Source of the DNA: Armatimonadota bacterium
GTDB taxonomy: Bacteria; Armatimonadota; Zipacnadia; Zipacnadales; UBA5352
Reading direction: 5' to 3'
Assembly (NCBI GenBank): GCA_034722055.1
Contig: JAYENL010000326.1
Location: 1-16,983 of the forward strand
DNA length: 16,983 bases
Below, one piece after another: positions 15,977 to 16,983 of the stretch. Every line of letters starts with the position of its first letter. Within the stretch, counting starts at the first letter, position 1. Below the pieces are notes generated by a model. The model was given only the letters and a program-made list of their open reading frames with translations. It made no database searches and was not told the origin of the DNA. Made by a program: the position numbers and the translations under genes.

Positions 15977-16699
15977 TCAGCGCACGGCCAGGACCTGGTT
16001 GCGCGCGGCCACCTTTCGCACCCGGGAGTAATGGGCCACCTGCATGCGGCACTCCCCCGCGTGAGACTGCTGCGCAGTCTCCGTGGGGGCGAGCACGATG
16101 AGCTCCGCGCGGTCGGGCCGGTTCCAGGCGATGAACGCCAGGTCCAGGCGCTCCACGGTGAGATCGACGTCGCGCTCGGCGTCGGGGACCAGCACCGGGC
16201 CCGTGTCCACCTGATAGGCCACCCGCTCGTCGTTGACGTTCATGGTCTTCACGGGGTAGTCCAGGCTCGCGAGAGGCTGACCGTCGTCATCAAGCAGCTC
16301 CGTGCGCCCGACGAGAGGCCGATTCGCAAGCGTGGCCTCCACGATCTCGTCGGGGCCCTCGCAGGCGTCGGCCGGCGCGTCCACCACGTCGATCATGACG
16401 TCCTCGAAGCGATCGCGGATCAGCCCCGTCTCGCGCCAGTCCTCCTGCACCGGGAGATGAACGCGCACGATGCAGAACTCATCCTCGCCGAAGATGGCGC
16501 AGAAGTCATAGTTGGGCAGCCGGAAGAGGTCGTCGGCGGCGTAGGTGGCCTCGGCCTTGCAGGACGCCACGAGCACAAAGCGCCCGCCACCCAGGCGGGC
16601 GCTGAGCTCGCAGACGGCCTCCACCTGGATGCGCGCGAGGTTGCCACGCCCGGGCGTCACGAAGGTTGCGAAGGAGCGGCTGAAGTCACAGACGCGCAT
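15977..16699 (-). CDS. Hypothetical protein (240 aa)
   Basis: SD GGAGG before ATG 16699, high-GC3 codon usage and globular composition (DFSRSF, NLARIQVEA, SCKAEATY, PNYDF, YPVKTMN, YQVDTGP). No family recognised. Confidence 0.78.
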   Translation of the reverse strand: MRVCDFSRSFATFVTPGRGNLARIQVEAVCELSARLGGGRFVLVASCKAEATYAADDLFRLPNYDFCAIFGEDEFCIVRVHLPVQEDWRETGLIRDRFEDVMIDVVDAPADACEGPDEIVEATLANRPLVGRTELLDDDGQPLASLDYPVKTMNVNDERVAYQVDTGPVLVPDAERDVDLTVERLDLAFIAWNRPDRAELIVLAPTETAQQSHAGECRMQVAHYSRVRKVAARNQVLAVR

Positions 16700-16834
16700 G
16701 GTAGACCCTCCCGCACCAACGCTGACAGCCGCGGGGCATTTCCCCGCGGCTGTCGCGCTTCCCTCGTGCGTCGTCAAGATTGTTCGACCCAGCTTAAGCT
16801 GCTCCCGGAGGAGGGCCGCGTGCCGCCGGCGGCT

Positions 16835-16879
16835 ACCATGAACGAAGCGCGCCGGAAGGGCGCGCTTCGTTCTCATGGT
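16835..16879 (-). terminator. Strong hairpin after the partial upstream gene, probable terminator
   Basis: Perfect 14-bp stem GAACGAAGCGCGCC (16840-16853) / GGCGCGCTTCGTTC (16859-16872), extendable by ACCAT/ATGGT. It lies about 25 nt past tandem TGA stops. Confidence 0.5.
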
Positions 16880-16902
16880 CCGACTGTCAGATCATCAGCT
16901 CA

Positions 16903-16983
16903 TCACGGGTTCCAGTACTCGCCCCAGGCGGGCGAGGCCCTGCCCTGGGGGCAGTAGGTGACCTCGTTCTGCAGCCACTTGAC
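16903..16983 (-). CDS. 3' end of a gene entering from outside the window, possibly another prepilin/H-X9-DG protein
   Basis: Open frame VKWLQNEVTYCPQGRASPAWGEYWNP followed by TGA TGA. VKW plus a short aromatic tail resembles the DGH(A/V)KW...FW end of the protein at 6865-7536. Confidence 0.5.
   Translation of the reverse strand, partial: VKWLQNEVTYCPQGRASPAWGEYWNP

Noticed and set aside
1..16983. CRISPR array, tRNA, rRNA or self-cleaving ribozyme
   Set aside because: No regularly spaced direct repeats, cloverleaf, rRNA signature or hammerhead core was seen by eye. A covariance-model search was not run.

Overview
GC-rich bacterial DNA. The gene mix (prepilin/H-X9-DG proteins, a DUF6785-like permease, a DUF4838-like protein) suggests Armatimonadota or a similar lineage; this is inference. 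The left part is a tightly coupled four-gene minus-strand operon: a Ycf46-type AAA+ ATPase, a DUF1257/Ycf35-like protein with a hydrophobic N-terminus, a degenerate Ser/Thr kinase with Zn-ribbon and TPRs (likely a pseudokinase), and a PflX-like radical SAM enzyme that probably starts at a CTG codon. The rest encodes a creatininase-family enzyme, a small RHH regulator, a prepilin-type protein, a polytopic membrane protein, a secreted 8-EF-hand protein, a pair of amidohydrolases, a DUF4838-like protein, a hypothetical protein and the 3' tip of another gene. The intergenic DNA is heavily structured. A branched REP-like unit (YGGAG-GGGCCG, two hairpins, GTTCCAYCCCGGCCC) with GNA-triloop hairpins forms inverted doublets at 6-257 and about 7832-7998. 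The second doublet sits inside a putative MITE with 9-bp direct repeats. A roughly 130-nt rod-shaped ncRNA candidate lies at 11384-11512. All family calls come from motif recognition by eye; no searches or folding were run.
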